A stretch of DNA of 64,000 nucleotides from Elusimicrobiota bacterium (GTDB lineage: Bacteria > Elusimicrobiota > Elusimicrobia > Elusimicrobiales > UBA9959): positions 4,365 to 68,364 of the forward strand of contig JACQPH010000067.1 in assembly GCA_016207645.1 (NCBI GenBank), given 5' to 3'. Positions within the stretch are counted from its first letter, which is position 1, and the number at the start of each line of letters is the position of its first letter. Below, piece after piece: positions 17,794 through 27,492 of this stretch. A model generated the notes under the pieces. That model was not told where the DNA came from and ran no database searches. It saw only the letters and a list, made by a program, of their open reading frames with translations. The position numbers and the translations under genes are program-made.

Positions 17794-18549
17794 TCAGCGG
17801 CAGTCGCTCTGGTAGGTGTAGACGGTCTCGTTCTGGCTGGAGTGGCCCTTGAAGGAACCGAGGGTCTTCCCGTTCTGCACGAAGCCGGCGTCTATGTCGC
17901 GGTGCGTCGTCTCTATGTAGTAGCGCACGTAGCGCTGACCGGGGCGGCTGACCCAGACGGTGTGGCAGACCGGCGTATGGGGCGGCGCGACATTGCCCGG
18001 GTAAGGGCCATGGCGCAGGTCGCCGACCAGCTCGGGGTTGGAGGCCTCGGGGGTCTCCACTGCCTCGACGGCGGCGAACCCGGAGGCATCGGCGGCCAGG
18101 GTCTCGCCGGCGGCGGCCTCGGAAGCGCTCTTGGCGCCGCCGCGGCAGACGGTCTGCGGGTACTGGTAGGTGCAGCCCTCGTAAGTGGAATACTCGGGGG
18201 ACTTTTCCACCTGGGTGGCCATGGTGCCGGCCAGGTCGAAGTTCTGGCCGAGCTGGGAGGCGGTGACGTTGAAGGTCCCGCCTATATTGATGTTCTTGTC
18301 GAACTCCAGCTTTACGGTGGTGGCGGGATCGGCGTTCTTGATCTCCAGCTTTATCTTCTTCTTGCCGCCGGACTGGCCAAGGGTGACTTTGGCGCCGAAC
18401 TGGCCGGGGGCGACCACCACGGTCTTGTCCTGGCCCTGGCTGAAGGTCATCTGCTCAAGCACGTTCATGCTGCCGTTGAACTTAACTTCGTCGCAGCCGG
18501 CCAGGAAAAGAGCCATGGCGGCTATACCGATATTTTTCATCTGTTTCAT
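17794..18549 (-). CDS. Lipoprotein, unknown function
   Basis: Lipobox in MKQMKNIGIAAMALFLAGC. 251 aa, no family recognised. Confidence 0.6.
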   Translation of the reverse strand: MKQMKNIGIAAMALFLAGCDEVKFNGSMNVLEQMTFSQGQDKTVVVAPGQFGAKVTLGQSGGKKKIKLEIKNADPATTVKLEFDKNINIGGTFNVTASQLGQNFDLAGTMATQVEKSPEYSTYEGCTYQYPQTVCRGGAKSASEAAAGETLAADASGFAAVEAVETPEASNPELVGDLRHGPYPGNVAPPHTPVCHTVWVSRPGQRYVRYYIETTHRDIDAGFVQNGKTLGSFKGHSSQNETVYTYQSDCR

Positions 18550-18713
18550 CTATTCTGTCTCCTGTGTCTCTGGTTTCTAGTCTGCGGAATCGTAATTCCC
18601 CCAGGAAATAATTAAACAAATAAAAGCCCGGGGACCGTAAGAAGCAAAAGACCTATCTCTTAATAGGTCTTTAGGGCAACGGTTCAGGAGGCTCCGGGGG
18701 GCGGCTATCCCGG

Positions 18714-18742
18714 CGCCCCGGGAAGAAACGGGGCGTTTTTTT
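18714..18742 (+). terminator. Intrinsic terminator-like hairpin inside the 5' leader of the EEP-hrpB genes
   Basis: CGCCCCG - GGAAGAAA - CGGGGCG followed by T7. It ends 26 nt before ATG 18769. Confidence 0.55.
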
Positions 18743-18768
18743 GTTATTATAAAGGCGGGGACCGGGCA

Positions 18769-19521
18769 ATGACGATCAAACTCCTGACCATAAACCTGCA
18801 CAAGGGCTTTTCGCCGCTGAACAAGCGCTTTATCCTGCCGCAGTTGAGGCGCTGCATACACTCCACCAGCGCCGACGTGATCTTCATGCAGGAAGTGGTC
18901 GGGGAGAACCTCCGTAAAGCCGCGAAGCACAAGGACTGGCCCGACCGGCCGCAGCACGAATATATAGCCGGGGAAGCCGGCTTCGACCATGTCTACGGCA
19001 AGAACGCCGTCTACACTTTCGGCCACCACGGCAACGCTATCCTCTCCCGCTACCCGATACTTTTCTTCGAACAGGTGGACATCTCCACCAACAGGCTGGA
19101 GAAAAGGGGCATGCTCTACGCCAAGCTCAAGCTGCCCGGAAAGGGCGGCGGCCTGCACTGCGTCTGCATCCACCTCGGCCTCCTCCACCGCTCCCGCAAA
19201 AAGCAGTTAGGGAAGCTGAGCGAATTCATACGGAAGCTGGTGCCCGGGGACGAGCCGCTGATAGTGGCCGGAGATTTCAACGAATGGCGCCGGGGAAAGA
19301 AGGACGAGCTGGAAACGCGCCTGTGCATGAAGGACGCCGGGCTGGAGCTTTACGGCCATAAGCTGCGCACTTTCCCCTCCGTACTCCCGGTCTTCCCGCT
19401 GGACCGTATCTACCTCCGCGGTTTCAAGACCCTCACGGCCGCCGTCGTGGATAAAGGCTGCTGCGCCCGCCTCTCGGACCATGCCGGCTTCTTCGCCGAG
19501 GTGGAACGTATTCAGGCCTAG
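18769..19521 (+). CDS. Endonuclease/exonuclease/phosphatase (EEP) family protein
   Basis: 250 aa with FMQEV, GNAILSRYPI, AGDFNEW and LSDHAGFF motifs typical of the EEP fold. Confidence 0.8.
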   Translation: MTIKLLTINLHKGFSPLNKRFILPQLRRCIHSTSADVIFMQEVVGENLRKAAKHKDWPDRPQHEYIAGEAGFDHVYGKNAVYTFGHHGNAILSRYPILFFEQVDISTNRLEKRGMLYAKLKLPGKGGGLHCVCIHLGLLHRSRKKQLGKLSEFIRKLVPGDEPLIVAGDFNEWRRGKKDELETRLCMKDAGLELYGHKLRTFPSVLPVFPLDRIYLRGFKTLTAAVVDKGCCARLSDHAGFFAEVERIQA

Positions 19522-19594
19522 CCGCCTGTTGGGTTCGGCCTGGCCCTCCACCTTAGCAGTTACCCCGCGGGCCTTTTTTTAGGATAATATAATT

Positions 19595-22078
19595 ATGTCG
19601 CTGCCCATACAGCGGAGCGCGGGGCGGATAATCGAAGCCGCGGCCAAAAGCCGCCGGCTCATTATCTCCTCCCCGCCGGGCTCCGGCAAATCCACCAAGG
19701 TCCCGCAATTGCTGCTGGACCGCTGCGGGCTGAAAGGCCGGATAGCCGTCCTGGAACCGCGCCGCCTGGCCGCGCGCATGCTGGCCGACCGCGTGGCGAA
19801 AGAGCGCGGCGGTACCGCCGGCGGCGAGGTAGGCTGCCGGGTGCGTTTCGAGGACAGGACCAGCCCCGGCAGCAGGATAATTTTCGAGACCGAAGGTATC
19901 CTGCTGCGGGAACTTGTCACGGACCCGCAGCTGAAGAAATATTCCGCCATTATCCTGGATGAATTCCATGAGCGGCATATCCACGGGGACATAACCCTGG
20001 CCGCCTGCCTGGCACTGCAGAGCGGTGCGCGGCCGGACCTGCTGGTGGTAGTGATGTCCGCCACGCTGGAAGAGAAAAAGCTGGCCGCCTACCTGGCGCC
20101 CTGCGAGACCGTCCTGGCCGAAGGCCGCGCCTACCCGGTGACCATAGCCTACTGCGGCCCCGAGACCGCCAAGCTCCCCTCCTGGGAGGCCGCGGCGAGT
20201 ACCTGCGCGCAGGTACTGCCGGCGGTCAAGGAAGGCCATGCCCTCGTCTTCCTGCCCGGCGTCTACGAGATAAACCGCGCCGCCTCCGCCATCGCCGCGC
20301 TGCCGGCGCTTTCGGGCTTCGCCGTAATGCCGCTGCACGGTGAGCTGTCCCCGCGCGACCAGGACGCGGCGCTGGCCCCTTCCGCCCGCCGCAAAATAAT
20401 AATAGCCACCAATATAGCGGAAACCTCGCTTACCATAGATGGCGTGACCGCCGTGATAGACAGCGGCCTGGCCCGCATAGCGCGCTACGACGGCGGGCGC
20501 GGGATAAACACTCTTTTTACCGGGAACATAGCGGCCCCTTCGGCGGCGCAGCGGGCCGGGCGCGCGGGCAGGACCAGGCCCGGGGTCTGCGCGCGGCTCT
20601 GGACCGAGCGCGAGAACGCCGGCCGCCCGGTCTCGCTGGAGCCCGAAATACTGCGCCTGGACTTAAGCGAGGCCCTGCTGACGCTCAAGGCCTGCGGCTT
20701 AAGGGGTTTCAGTTCGCTCAGCTGGCTGGACCCGCCCCGCGCGGCGGACGCGGACCGGGCCGAAGCCCTGCTGAAGGACCTCGGCGCCGTCGACGCCGAA
20801 GGCGCCCTGACGCCGGAAGGCCGTGCCATGTCGAAATACCCGCTTCACCCGCGCTATTCCCGCATGCTGGCGGAAGGAGTCCGCCTGGGCTGCGCCTATG
20901 AATGCGCCCTTATCGCGGCCGCGGCGCAGGGCCGGGGCCTGTGGCTGGAAGAAGGCGGACAGGCGGGGAACCGCTACGCCGAACTGCGCTCGGACCTGGC
21001 TGCCGTAATTAAAGCGCTGGAATACTGCGCGGATTCCGGTTTCGACCCCTCTGCCTGCCGGCGCGCCGGCCTGAAGCAGGCCGCCGCGCGCGACGCCTGG
21101 AAACTGGCCGGGCGGCTGGCCGGCGGCGCCGGGCCGGCCGGCGGAAAGGCTTTGGCGCCGGCCTCGCAATGCTTCCTGCGGGCCTTCCCCGACCGCGTGG
21201 CCGCGCTGTTCTCCGCCGAGCGCGGCCGCTACCGGCTGCCCGGCGGCCGCCGGGCGCGCCTGAACCCCAAAAGCGCGGCCTCCGGCGCACCGATAATCTG
21301 CGCCGGAGAGGCCCTGGAAAGCCTGCGGAAGACTGGCGCGGACATCACTCTTTCCTTCGCCGCCGAGATAAAAGAGGACTGGCTGCTGAAAGCCTTTCCG
21401 GCGGACATAGAGAAAGTCTCCCGCCCCGCGCTCGACGAGAACATGCTCACCCCGGTGACGGAGCACCTTACGCTTTACCGCGGCGTTACCATAAGCAGGG
21501 AAGTGACCGCGGCCGAACCGGGCAAGCCCTCCTCCGACCTGATAGCTGAGGAATTCATAGAAGGCCGCCAGAAACTCCGGCACTGGGACGAGGAAGCGGA
21601 AGACTGGCTGGCCAGGGTGGAGTTCCTGTCCGGGGCCTGCCCGGACTTAGGCCTTGAGCCTCTTTCCGAGGAGGACAGGAAGCTCCTTATAGCCGATATC
21701 TGCGCCGGGGCGCGCAGCGTGGCCGAGGCGAAGACCCGCCCCGTGATGCCCGCTTTACAAGAATGGTTCGGCTGGGAGAAAACCCGCCTTATAGAGAAGC
21801 ACGCCCCCGCCCGCCTGGAAATGCCCGGAGGGCGAAGGGCGAAAATAAAATATCCCCGCGGCCGGGAACCCTACCTCGAAGCTAAGATCCAGGACCTGTT
21901 CTCCGTCACGGAAACTCCGCGCGTAGCCGCGGGCCGCGTGCCGCTGGTGGTGCACATCCTCGCCCCCTCCATGCGCCCCGTGCAGGTCACGAAGGACCTG
22001 AGGAGTTTCTGGGCCGAGAGCTACCCGAAGCTGAAGCCGGCCCTTTCGCGCCGCTATCCGCGGCACAAGTGGCTCTGA
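19595..22078 (+). CDS. hrpB: ATP-dependent RNA helicase HrpB
   Basis: DEAH-box helicase motifs (SPPGSGKST, DEFHER, SAT, TNIAETSLTI, QRAGRAGR) and the HrpB-type C-terminal domain. 827 aa. Confidence 0.9.
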   Translation: MSLPIQRSAGRIIEAAAKSRRLIISSPPGSGKSTKVPQLLLDRCGLKGRIAVLEPRRLAARMLADRVAKERGGTAGGEVGCRVRFEDRTSPGSRIIFETEGILLRELVTDPQLKKYSAIILDEFHERHIHGDITLAACLALQSGARPDLLVVVMSATLEEKKLAAYLAPCETVLAEGRAYPVTIAYCGPETAKLPSWEAAASTCAQVLPAVKEGHALVFLPGVYEINRAASAIAALPALSGFAVMPLHGELSPRDQDAALAPSARRKIIIATNIAETSLTIDGVTAVIDSGLARIARYDGGRGINTLFTGNIAAPSAAQRAGRAGRTRPGVCARLWTERENAGRPVSLEPEILRLDLSEALLTLKACGLRGFSSLSWLDPPRAADADRAEALLKDLGAVDAEGALTPEGRAMSKYPLHPRYSRMLAEGVRLGCAYECALIAAAAQGRGLWLEEGGQAGNRYAELRSDLAAVIKALEYCADSGFDPSACRRAGLKQAAARDAWKLAGRLAGGAGPAGGKALAPASQCFLRAFPDRVAALFSAERGRYRLPGGRRARLNPKSAASGAPIICAGEALESLRKTGADITLSFAAEIKEDWLLKAFPADIEKVSRPALDENMLTPVTEHLTLYRGVTISREVTAAEPGKPSSDLIAEEFIEGRQKLRHWDEEAEDWLARVEFLSGACPDLGLEPLSEEDRKLLIADICAGARSVAEAKTRPVMPALQEWFGWEKTRLIEKHAPARLEMPGGRRAKIKYPRGREPYLEAKIQDLFSVTETPRVAAGRVPLVVHILAPSMRPVQVTKDLRSFWAESYPKLKPALSRRYPRHKWL

Positions 22079-22109
22079 GCCCCGTTCGATAAGTTTTCGC
22101 TATTTAACC

Positions 22110-22637
22110 TTACCAGCGGACCAGCCGCCAGAGCAGGACGAGCTGGACGAGCACCGCGGGGACGCTGCCGGCGAGCAGGAAACGCTGTTTGCGGGTGGCT
22201 ATACGCGCATTCACCACTATCTGCCCGACGATATCCTCGTAATAGGGAGTAGCCGTGACGCCGCCGCCGAGATACTTGTCCAGCAGGATGACCAGTTCCA
22301 CCTGCGGGTATTTGGCTATATCCGGCGCGTAAATAAGGCAGTCCCCGGCGCGCCGCTTGTCCATCCGCGGGTCCAGCAGCGAAAGCTGCCTCTGCGCCTC
22401 CATTAAGGGCGACAGCGTTACGAGACCCGCTACCACTACCGCCGCCAGCAGGAGCAGGGCCGGGTAAGCCTGCGGCAGCCCCGGCAGCGCGAATTTTATA
22501 AAAGCGGCCTCGGCGGCGGCGAAGGCGGTGAGCGCGCCCAGCTTAAGGTCGGCCCGTTCCACCGCGCGCCGCATATTCCCGTGCATTATCCAGAGCCGCC
22601 GTTCGGGTTCCGGGTTGAGGTGTGAAGATACGCTCAT
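22110..22637 (-). CDS. Small membrane protein, possibly DUF5706 / Pycsar-effector-like (PycTM)
   Basis: 175 aa: a cytoplasmic N-terminal helix (WIMHGNMRRAVERADLKLGALTAF), a hydrophobic hairpin, a soluble segment (CLIYAPDIAKY ... VNARIATRKQRF) and a terminal TM helix. The family call is from remembered architecture only. Confidence 0.45.
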   Translation of the reverse strand: MSVSSHLNPEPERRLWIMHGNMRRAVERADLKLGALTAFAAAEAAFIKFALPGLPQAYPALLLLAAVVVAGLVTLSPLMEAQRQLSLLDPRMDKRRAGDCLIYAPDIAKYPQVELVILLDKYLGGGVTATPYYEDIVGQIVVNARIATRKQRFLLAGSVPAVLVQLVLLWRLVRW

Positions 22638-22651
22638 ATTTCGCTCCCGCG

Positions 22652-24877
22652 TCAGTTATCCTGCAGGCGGCGCAGTTCTCTGTCCGCGTCCCGGAGGCGC
22701 AGGGCCTCCACGGTGGACAGGCGCTGGAAGAAAGCCGCCCCTACGCCGGGATAACGCCTGGCAACGGCGTCGAAAGCCTCCCGTCTGATGACGTACATCT
22801 CGGTATCGTCAAGGGCGATGGCGTCGGCCGTCCTCGGCGTGCGGGCGAGGAAGGCCACCTCGCCGAAGAAGTCCCCCGGCCCGAAGACGGCGAGATGGTG
22901 CTTGCGGTGCGTGCCTTTAAGGGGCAGCACTATGCGCACTCGTCCCCTGCGGATCAGGAAAAGCCCGCTGCCCGGCTCCTTGCGCAGGAAGACCGGCTTT
23001 CCGGCCTCCACGCGCAGTTCCTCGGCGGCTTCGCGGAGGGCCGCCAGGGAGGCGGGGTCCGTTTCCTTCAAAAAATCTATCTGCGGGAGGCTCAGCAGTT
23101 CGCCGGCGGACTCGCGCCCGAGGCCCGCTTCTTTAAGGACGTTGTCCTCCGCCCATTCCAGCGCGTCGTGGAGCGTTTCGAAGATGCGGCCCCTCCCCTC
23201 GTGATGCGCCAGGCCGAGGTGGCTGAAATAAGCGCGCAGGTCCTGCCCGGTGGGAAGGCTGGGAGGCAGATGGGAGAAAACGAGCGAGCCGCCGCGCTCC
23301 GCCAGCGTTCCGTCCACCTGCTCCAGCATGTGCACGGCGGTGAAGTCCACCGAAGTCACGCGGCGCAGGTCCAGGATAAGCCGCCTGCAGCGGCGCAGGT
23401 CGCTCTCGATCTCCGAGAGGAGTTGGTCGGTGGTGCCGAAGAAAAGGCTGCCCTGCAGTTCCACCACCAGGGTTTCGCTCCCCAGTTCCGCCAGTACCGC
23501 GCGCTCCGCCGGCAGGCGCTGCTGCTTGGAGGAGATCTCCGCCCCCGTCGTTTTGCGCCTGACCACGGCGAGGTTCATCTGCTCGCGGATGAAAAGCAGT
23601 ATCGACAGGGCTATGCCCGCGCCGGCGGCCGCTATGAGGTCCACGGCCAGCGCCGTGCCTGTGACCGAGACGATGACGCAGAAATCGAGCAGGGTGGAAC
23701 GCCGGAGCGCCAGCCTCACGCTGGAGCGGTCTATCATGCGCGCCCCGACCACGGCCAGGATGCCGGCCAGCGCCGCCAGCGGTATGCGCCCGATGGCGGC
23801 TCCGAGCGCCAGCGCTGCGACGAGGGCGAAAGCGCCTTCCAGGACGCCGGCCGTCCTGGTCCTTCCGCCGCTGGCGAGGCTGACCATGGTAGCGCCCAGA
23901 GTGCCGGCCCCGGGCATGCCGCCCAGCACCGCGGAAGCGATGTTGCCGGCGCCCTGCCCGGTGAGCTCGCGGTTGGAATCGTGGCGGGAGCGCACTATCG
24001 AATCAGTGACAACGCAGGTCTTGAGCGTATCTATGGAAAGGAGCACGGAAAGCGTCAGCGCCGGACCGAGCAGCGCGTATATATCCTTAGGCCCCAGCTG
24101 GCGCAAGGCGCCGAAACTGGAAGAGATACCGCCGAGCACCGCGCCCGGGCTGGCGGAAACCGCGCCGATGATGAAAGGGTTGGCTTCCAGGGCCAGGAGC
24201 TGCGGCCGCAGGAGCCCGGCAGCCAGGTGAGCCAGAATACCCGCCGCCAGGCCGAGTATGGCCGCCGGGACCTTCTTCGTGAAGCGCGGGGCTGCCAGCG
24301 TAGCCGCTACGGTGACAAGGGCCACGAAAACCGCCGGCCATTGCCAGGCCGCCGGCGTAAGCAGTCCCGCCAGCGGCTCGGCGCTCTTGGCCAGGCCCAG
24401 GAAAGGAACGACCTGTTTGAACATTATAAGCAGGCCGACGCCGCTCATGTAGCCGGTCACTACGGGATAGGGGATATATTTGATAAGGCGGCCGCCGCCG
24501 AGCGCTCCGTATACGGCCTGCAGCAGGCCCGCGAGCAGGCCGACCAGGGCCAGGGAAACGATAACACTCTCCGGCGAGGAACCTGCGCCTATCAGCCTTA
24601 CGCACAAAGCGGCCATGACGGCCGCCGCCGGGGCGCAGGGAGCGGAAATAAGGCGCGGGGCCCCGCCCAGAGCAGGGGCTATAAAGCCTATCGCCACCGC
24701 GCCGAGAATACCCGTAACCGCGCCCGCGCCGGCGAAACCGGGCCCGAGCGGCGCGTACATCGCCACGCCGAAAGCTATGGCCGAGGGCAGCGCCACCAGC
24801 ATGGCCGCCAGCCCGCCCCAGGCGTCCCCCCAATCGAATTTAGCGGCTGCCGGAAGGGCGCCGTCGGTGCCCGTCAT
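22652..24877 (-). CDS. SulP-family anion transporter with C-terminal STAS and cyclic-nucleotide-binding domains
   Basis: SulP membrane core, then a STAS-like segment (LVVELQGSLFFGTTDQL), then a CAP-type cNMP-binding domain (FGPGDFFGEVAFLARTPRTADAIAL). Confidence 0.85.
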   Translation of the reverse strand: MTGTDGALPAAAKFDWGDAWGGLAAMLVALPSAIAFGVAMYAPLGPGFAGAGAVTGILGAVAIGFIAPALGGAPRLISAPCAPAAAVMAALCVRLIGAGSSPESVIVSLALVGLLAGLLQAVYGALGGGRLIKYIPYPVVTGYMSGVGLLIMFKQVVPFLGLAKSAEPLAGLLTPAAWQWPAVFVALVTVAATLAAPRFTKKVPAAILGLAAGILAHLAAGLLRPQLLALEANPFIIGAVSASPGAVLGGISSSFGALRQLGPKDIYALLGPALTLSVLLSIDTLKTCVVTDSIVRSRHDSNRELTGQGAGNIASAVLGGMPGAGTLGATMVSLASGGRTRTAGVLEGAFALVAALALGAAIGRIPLAALAGILAVVGARMIDRSSVRLALRRSTLLDFCVIVSVTGTALAVDLIAAAGAGIALSILLFIREQMNLAVVRRKTTGAEISSKQQRLPAERAVLAELGSETLVVELQGSLFFGTTDQLLSEIESDLRRCRRLILDLRRVTSVDFTAVHMLEQVDGTLAERGGSLVFSHLPPSLPTGQDLRAYFSHLGLAHHEGRGRIFETLHDALEWAEDNVLKEAGLGRESAGELLSLPQIDFLKETDPASLAALREAAEELRVEAGKPVFLRKEPGSGLFLIRRGRVRIVLPLKGTHRKHHLAVFGPGDFFGEVAFLARTPRTADAIALDDTEMYVIRREAFDAVARRYPGVGAAFFQRLSTVEALRLRDADRELRRLQDN

Positions 24878-26049
24878 TTATATTTTTCCGCCACTTTCCT
24901 GTAAGCGTCCCTGAAAGGTAGCCCTTTGGCCACCAGCCTGTAGACTTCCTCGGTCGCGAAGAGCTCTTCGGAAAGAGCGCAGTTCTTCTCGTCGAAGCGC
25001 AGGCCCTCCACGACCACGGACATGATGCCGAGCGCCGCCAGCGCCGCGTCCAGGCAGGCGAACAGCGGGCCTTTGGCGAGCTGGATGTCCCGGTTATAGC
25101 CGGAGATCAGGTTCCCGGCCAGGCTCTTCAGCTTGAATTCCTCGCCGAGCGCGATATGGTATTTGCCGCGCACCAGCTCCAGCACGTCGGGATTCTTCTT
25201 CTGCGGCATGATGGAGCTGCCGGTGCAGAAAGCGTCCGGCAGTTTCACGAAGCCGAACTCCGGCATGCTGTACATGATCAGGTCGGAGGCCAGCTTGTTC
25301 AGGTCGAACAGGACCTGGGAACAGAGATGGGCTATGGTGGCCTCGAACTTGCTCCGGCTCAGCTGGGCGTAGATAGGGTTCTCCATGGTCCTGGAGAAGC
25401 CCATCAGCGAGGCGGTGTAGCGCTTGTCTATCTTCAGCACCGGCACGCCGTAACCCGCCGCCGAGCCCAGCGGGGACTGGTCTATCAGCTTCAGGACGAA
25501 GTCCGCGAACAGGGCGTTATCGCGGCCCGAAGCGGAGAAGCAGCCCAGCCAGGTACCGACGTCGGTGGGCATGGCCCGCCGCATATGGGTATAGCCGGGA
25601 AGCGGTATCTTCCCCTGCTTCTTTTTGGCGGCCGCGAGGGAAGCCCCGAAGGCGGCCAGCTTCTTCTTCAAAAGGCCCAGGCTTTCCTTCTCGTAGAGCC
25701 GCAGGGCCGTGAGCACCTGGTCGTTGCGGGACCGCGCGGTGTGGATCTTCTTTCCGGCGTCGCCGTATTTCGCCACCAGCCAGTTCTCGATGGCGGTATG
25801 GCAGTCCTCGTCCTCTTTTTTTATGACGAAGGCGCCTTTTTCGTCCAGCTTTATTATTTCCCGCAGGCCTTTTTCCAGGCGGGACAGCTCGGTTTTGGAC
25901 AGCAACCCTATCTTCCGCAGCATCTTCGCGTGGGCGAGGGACGCGGCGCAGTCGTGTTTCACCAGCCGCCGGTCCAGCAGGTAGTCGTCCCCGACGGTGA
26001 AGGACTCTATCTCCCTGTTCAGTTCCCCGCCTTTGTCCCAGAGTTTCAC
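24874..26049 (-). CDS. argH: Argininosuccinate lyase (short form, 391 aa)
   Basis: [19 protein letters not shown] and [12 protein letters not shown] fumarate-lyase signatures. It ends soon after the [12 protein letters not shown] segment. Confidence 0.85.
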   Translation of the reverse strand: MKLWDKGGELNREIESFTVGDDYLLDRRLVKHDCAASLAHAKMLRKIGLLSKTELSRLEKGLREIIKLDEKGAFVIKKEDEDCHTAIENWLVAKYGDAGKKIHTARSRNDQVLTALRLYEKESLGLLKKKLAAFGASLAAAKKKQGKIPLPGYTHMRRAMPTDVGTWLGCFSASGRDNALFADFVLKLIDQSPLGSAAGYGVPVLKIDKRYTASLMGFSRTMENPIYAQLSRSKFEATIAHLCSQVLFDLNKLASDLIMYSMPEFGFVKLPDAFCTGSSIMPQKKNPDVLELVRGKYHIALGEEFKLKSLAGNLISGYNRDIQLAKGPLFACLDAALAALGIMSVVVEGLRFDEKNCALSEELFATEEVYRLVAKGLPFRDAYRKVAEKYK

Positions 26050-27287
26050 TTTTTACCGCCGTGTTTCTTCATGATGGCGCTGTGCGCCATCAGGCGCGTG
26101 GCGTGGATCTTGATGAAGCCCTCGGAATCCTTCTGGTTGAAGCCGCCCTCGATGTCCATGCTGGAGAGGTCCTTGTTGTAGAGCGAGCTGGCGCTTTCGC
26201 GGCCGGTGATGATGACATTGCCCTTGTAAAGTCTCAGGGTCACTGACCCGTCGATAACCTCCTGGCTCTTGTTGATGGCCGACATCAGGAAATCCATCTC
26301 GGGGCTGAACCAGAAACCGTTGTAGACGAGCTCGGCGAACTTCGGGGAGAGCATGTCGCGCAGGCGCATGACCTCTCTGTCCATCGCTATGCCTTCTATG
26401 TCCTTGTGCGCGGCGAACAGGATGGTCCCGCCGGGGGTTTCGTAGATGCCGCGGGACTTGATGCCCACGAAGCGGTTCTCGACCATGTCTATCCTGCCTA
26501 TGCCGTTCTTCGCGCCGAGCTCGTTGAGGAAGGTGAACAGCCTGAGCGGCTCGGTCTCGGACCGGCCTTTGTCCAGGTCCGTGACCTTCACGGGTACGCC
26601 GTCCTTGAACTGGATCCTGAGGCGGGTGGATTTGTCGGGGGCCTTCTCTGGCGAGACGGTCTTCGAGAAGATATCCTCCGTCGGCTCATGCGCGGGGTCT
26701 TCCAGGATGCCGGCCTCGTGGCTGATGTGGAGGAGGTTGTCGTCCTCGCTGTAAGGTTTCTTTATGGTGGAGCTGATCTCTATGCCCTTGGCCTGCGCGT
26801 AATTGATGAGGTCGGTGCGGCCTTTGAACTGCTGCAGAAAGGAGTCCATCTTCCAGGGGGCGAGCACCTTTATCTTCGGGTTGAGCGCGTAATAGGCCAA
26901 CTCGAACCTGACCTGGTCGTTCCCCTTGCCGGTGGCCCCGTGGGAGACGAAGCCGGCTTTCTCTTTGGCCGCTATCTCTATCTGCCTTTTCGCGATGATG
27001 GGCCTGGCGGCGGAAGTGCCGAGCAGGTAGCGGCCCTCGTAAAGCGCGTTGGCCTTGAAGATAGGGAAAATATAATCCGTGACCAGTTCCTTCTTCAGGT
27101 CTTCGATATAAACTTTCGAGGCGCCGACCTTCAGGGCTTTCGCCTTCGCCTTTTTGAAATCGCCGGCCTGCCCGACGTCGGCAATATAGGCGATGACCTC
27201 GTATCCCTGCTCCAGAAGCCATTTCAGGATCACCGAGGTGTCCAGGCCGCCGCTGTACGCCAATACCACTTTCTTATTTTCGCTCAT
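26046..27287 (-). CDS. argG: Argininosuccinate synthase
   Basis: [24 protein letters not shown] and further full-length ArgG patterns. 413 aa. Confidence 0.95.
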   Translation of the reverse strand: MSENKKVVLAYSGGLDTSVILKWLLEQGYEVIAYIADVGQAGDFKKAKAKALKVGASKVYIEDLKKELVTDYIFPIFKANALYEGRYLLGTSAARPIIAKRQIEIAAKEKAGFVSHGATGKGNDQVRFELAYYALNPKIKVLAPWKMDSFLQQFKGRTDLINYAQAKGIEISSTIKKPYSEDDNLLHISHEAGILEDPAHEPTEDIFSKTVSPEKAPDKSTRLRIQFKDGVPVKVTDLDKGRSETEPLRLFTFLNELGAKNGIGRIDMVENRFVGIKSRGIYETPGGTILFAAHKDIEGIAMDREVMRLRDMLSPKFAELVYNGFWFSPEMDFLMSAINKSQEVIDGSVTLRLYKGNVIITGRESASSLYNKDLSSMDIEGGFNQKDSEGFIKIHATRLMAHSAIMKKHGGKK

Positions 27288-27371
27288 CTAAAATCTCCTT
27301 GAAAGCCGCTCTACAACTCCTAATTATAATGCCGGTCACTTAAGCCGCCGGGGACGCTATCCTGCAGGCTT

Positions 27372-27461
27372 CCTCCCCCCCCCGTGGGGGAGGATCGAGG
27401 TGGGGGGCTCAACGGAGCGCCATTCCCCCCCATCCTAACCTTCCCCCACAAGGGGGGAAGG
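27372..27461. repeat. Pair of C-tract/G-tract hairpins in the argG upstream / Mo-hydroxylase downstream spacer
   Basis: CCTCCCC(N8)GGGGAGG at 27372-27393 and CCTTCCCCC-ACAA(G)-GGGGGAAGG at 27439-27461. Confidence 0.5.
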
Positions 27462-27492
27462 AATCTACCCACTAGCCCGTCATGAGCCTAAA

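Noticed and set aside
22622-24904. 760-aa + strand ORF, plus similar long shadow ORFs (5216-6475, 11267-12622, 14666-16267, 16774-17715, 25156-26181, 28747-29907, 30554-31990, 34970-35998, 35887-37125, 36008-36979, 43135-44388, 49831-50799, 56720-58360, 58618-59913, 59990-61801, 61890-63596, 62914-63837)
   Set aside because: Each lies opposite or out of frame to a gene with clear family motifs. Their translations are Arg/Gly/Ala/Pro/His-rich low complexity without motifs. Such long stop-free antisense frames are typical of high-GC DNA.
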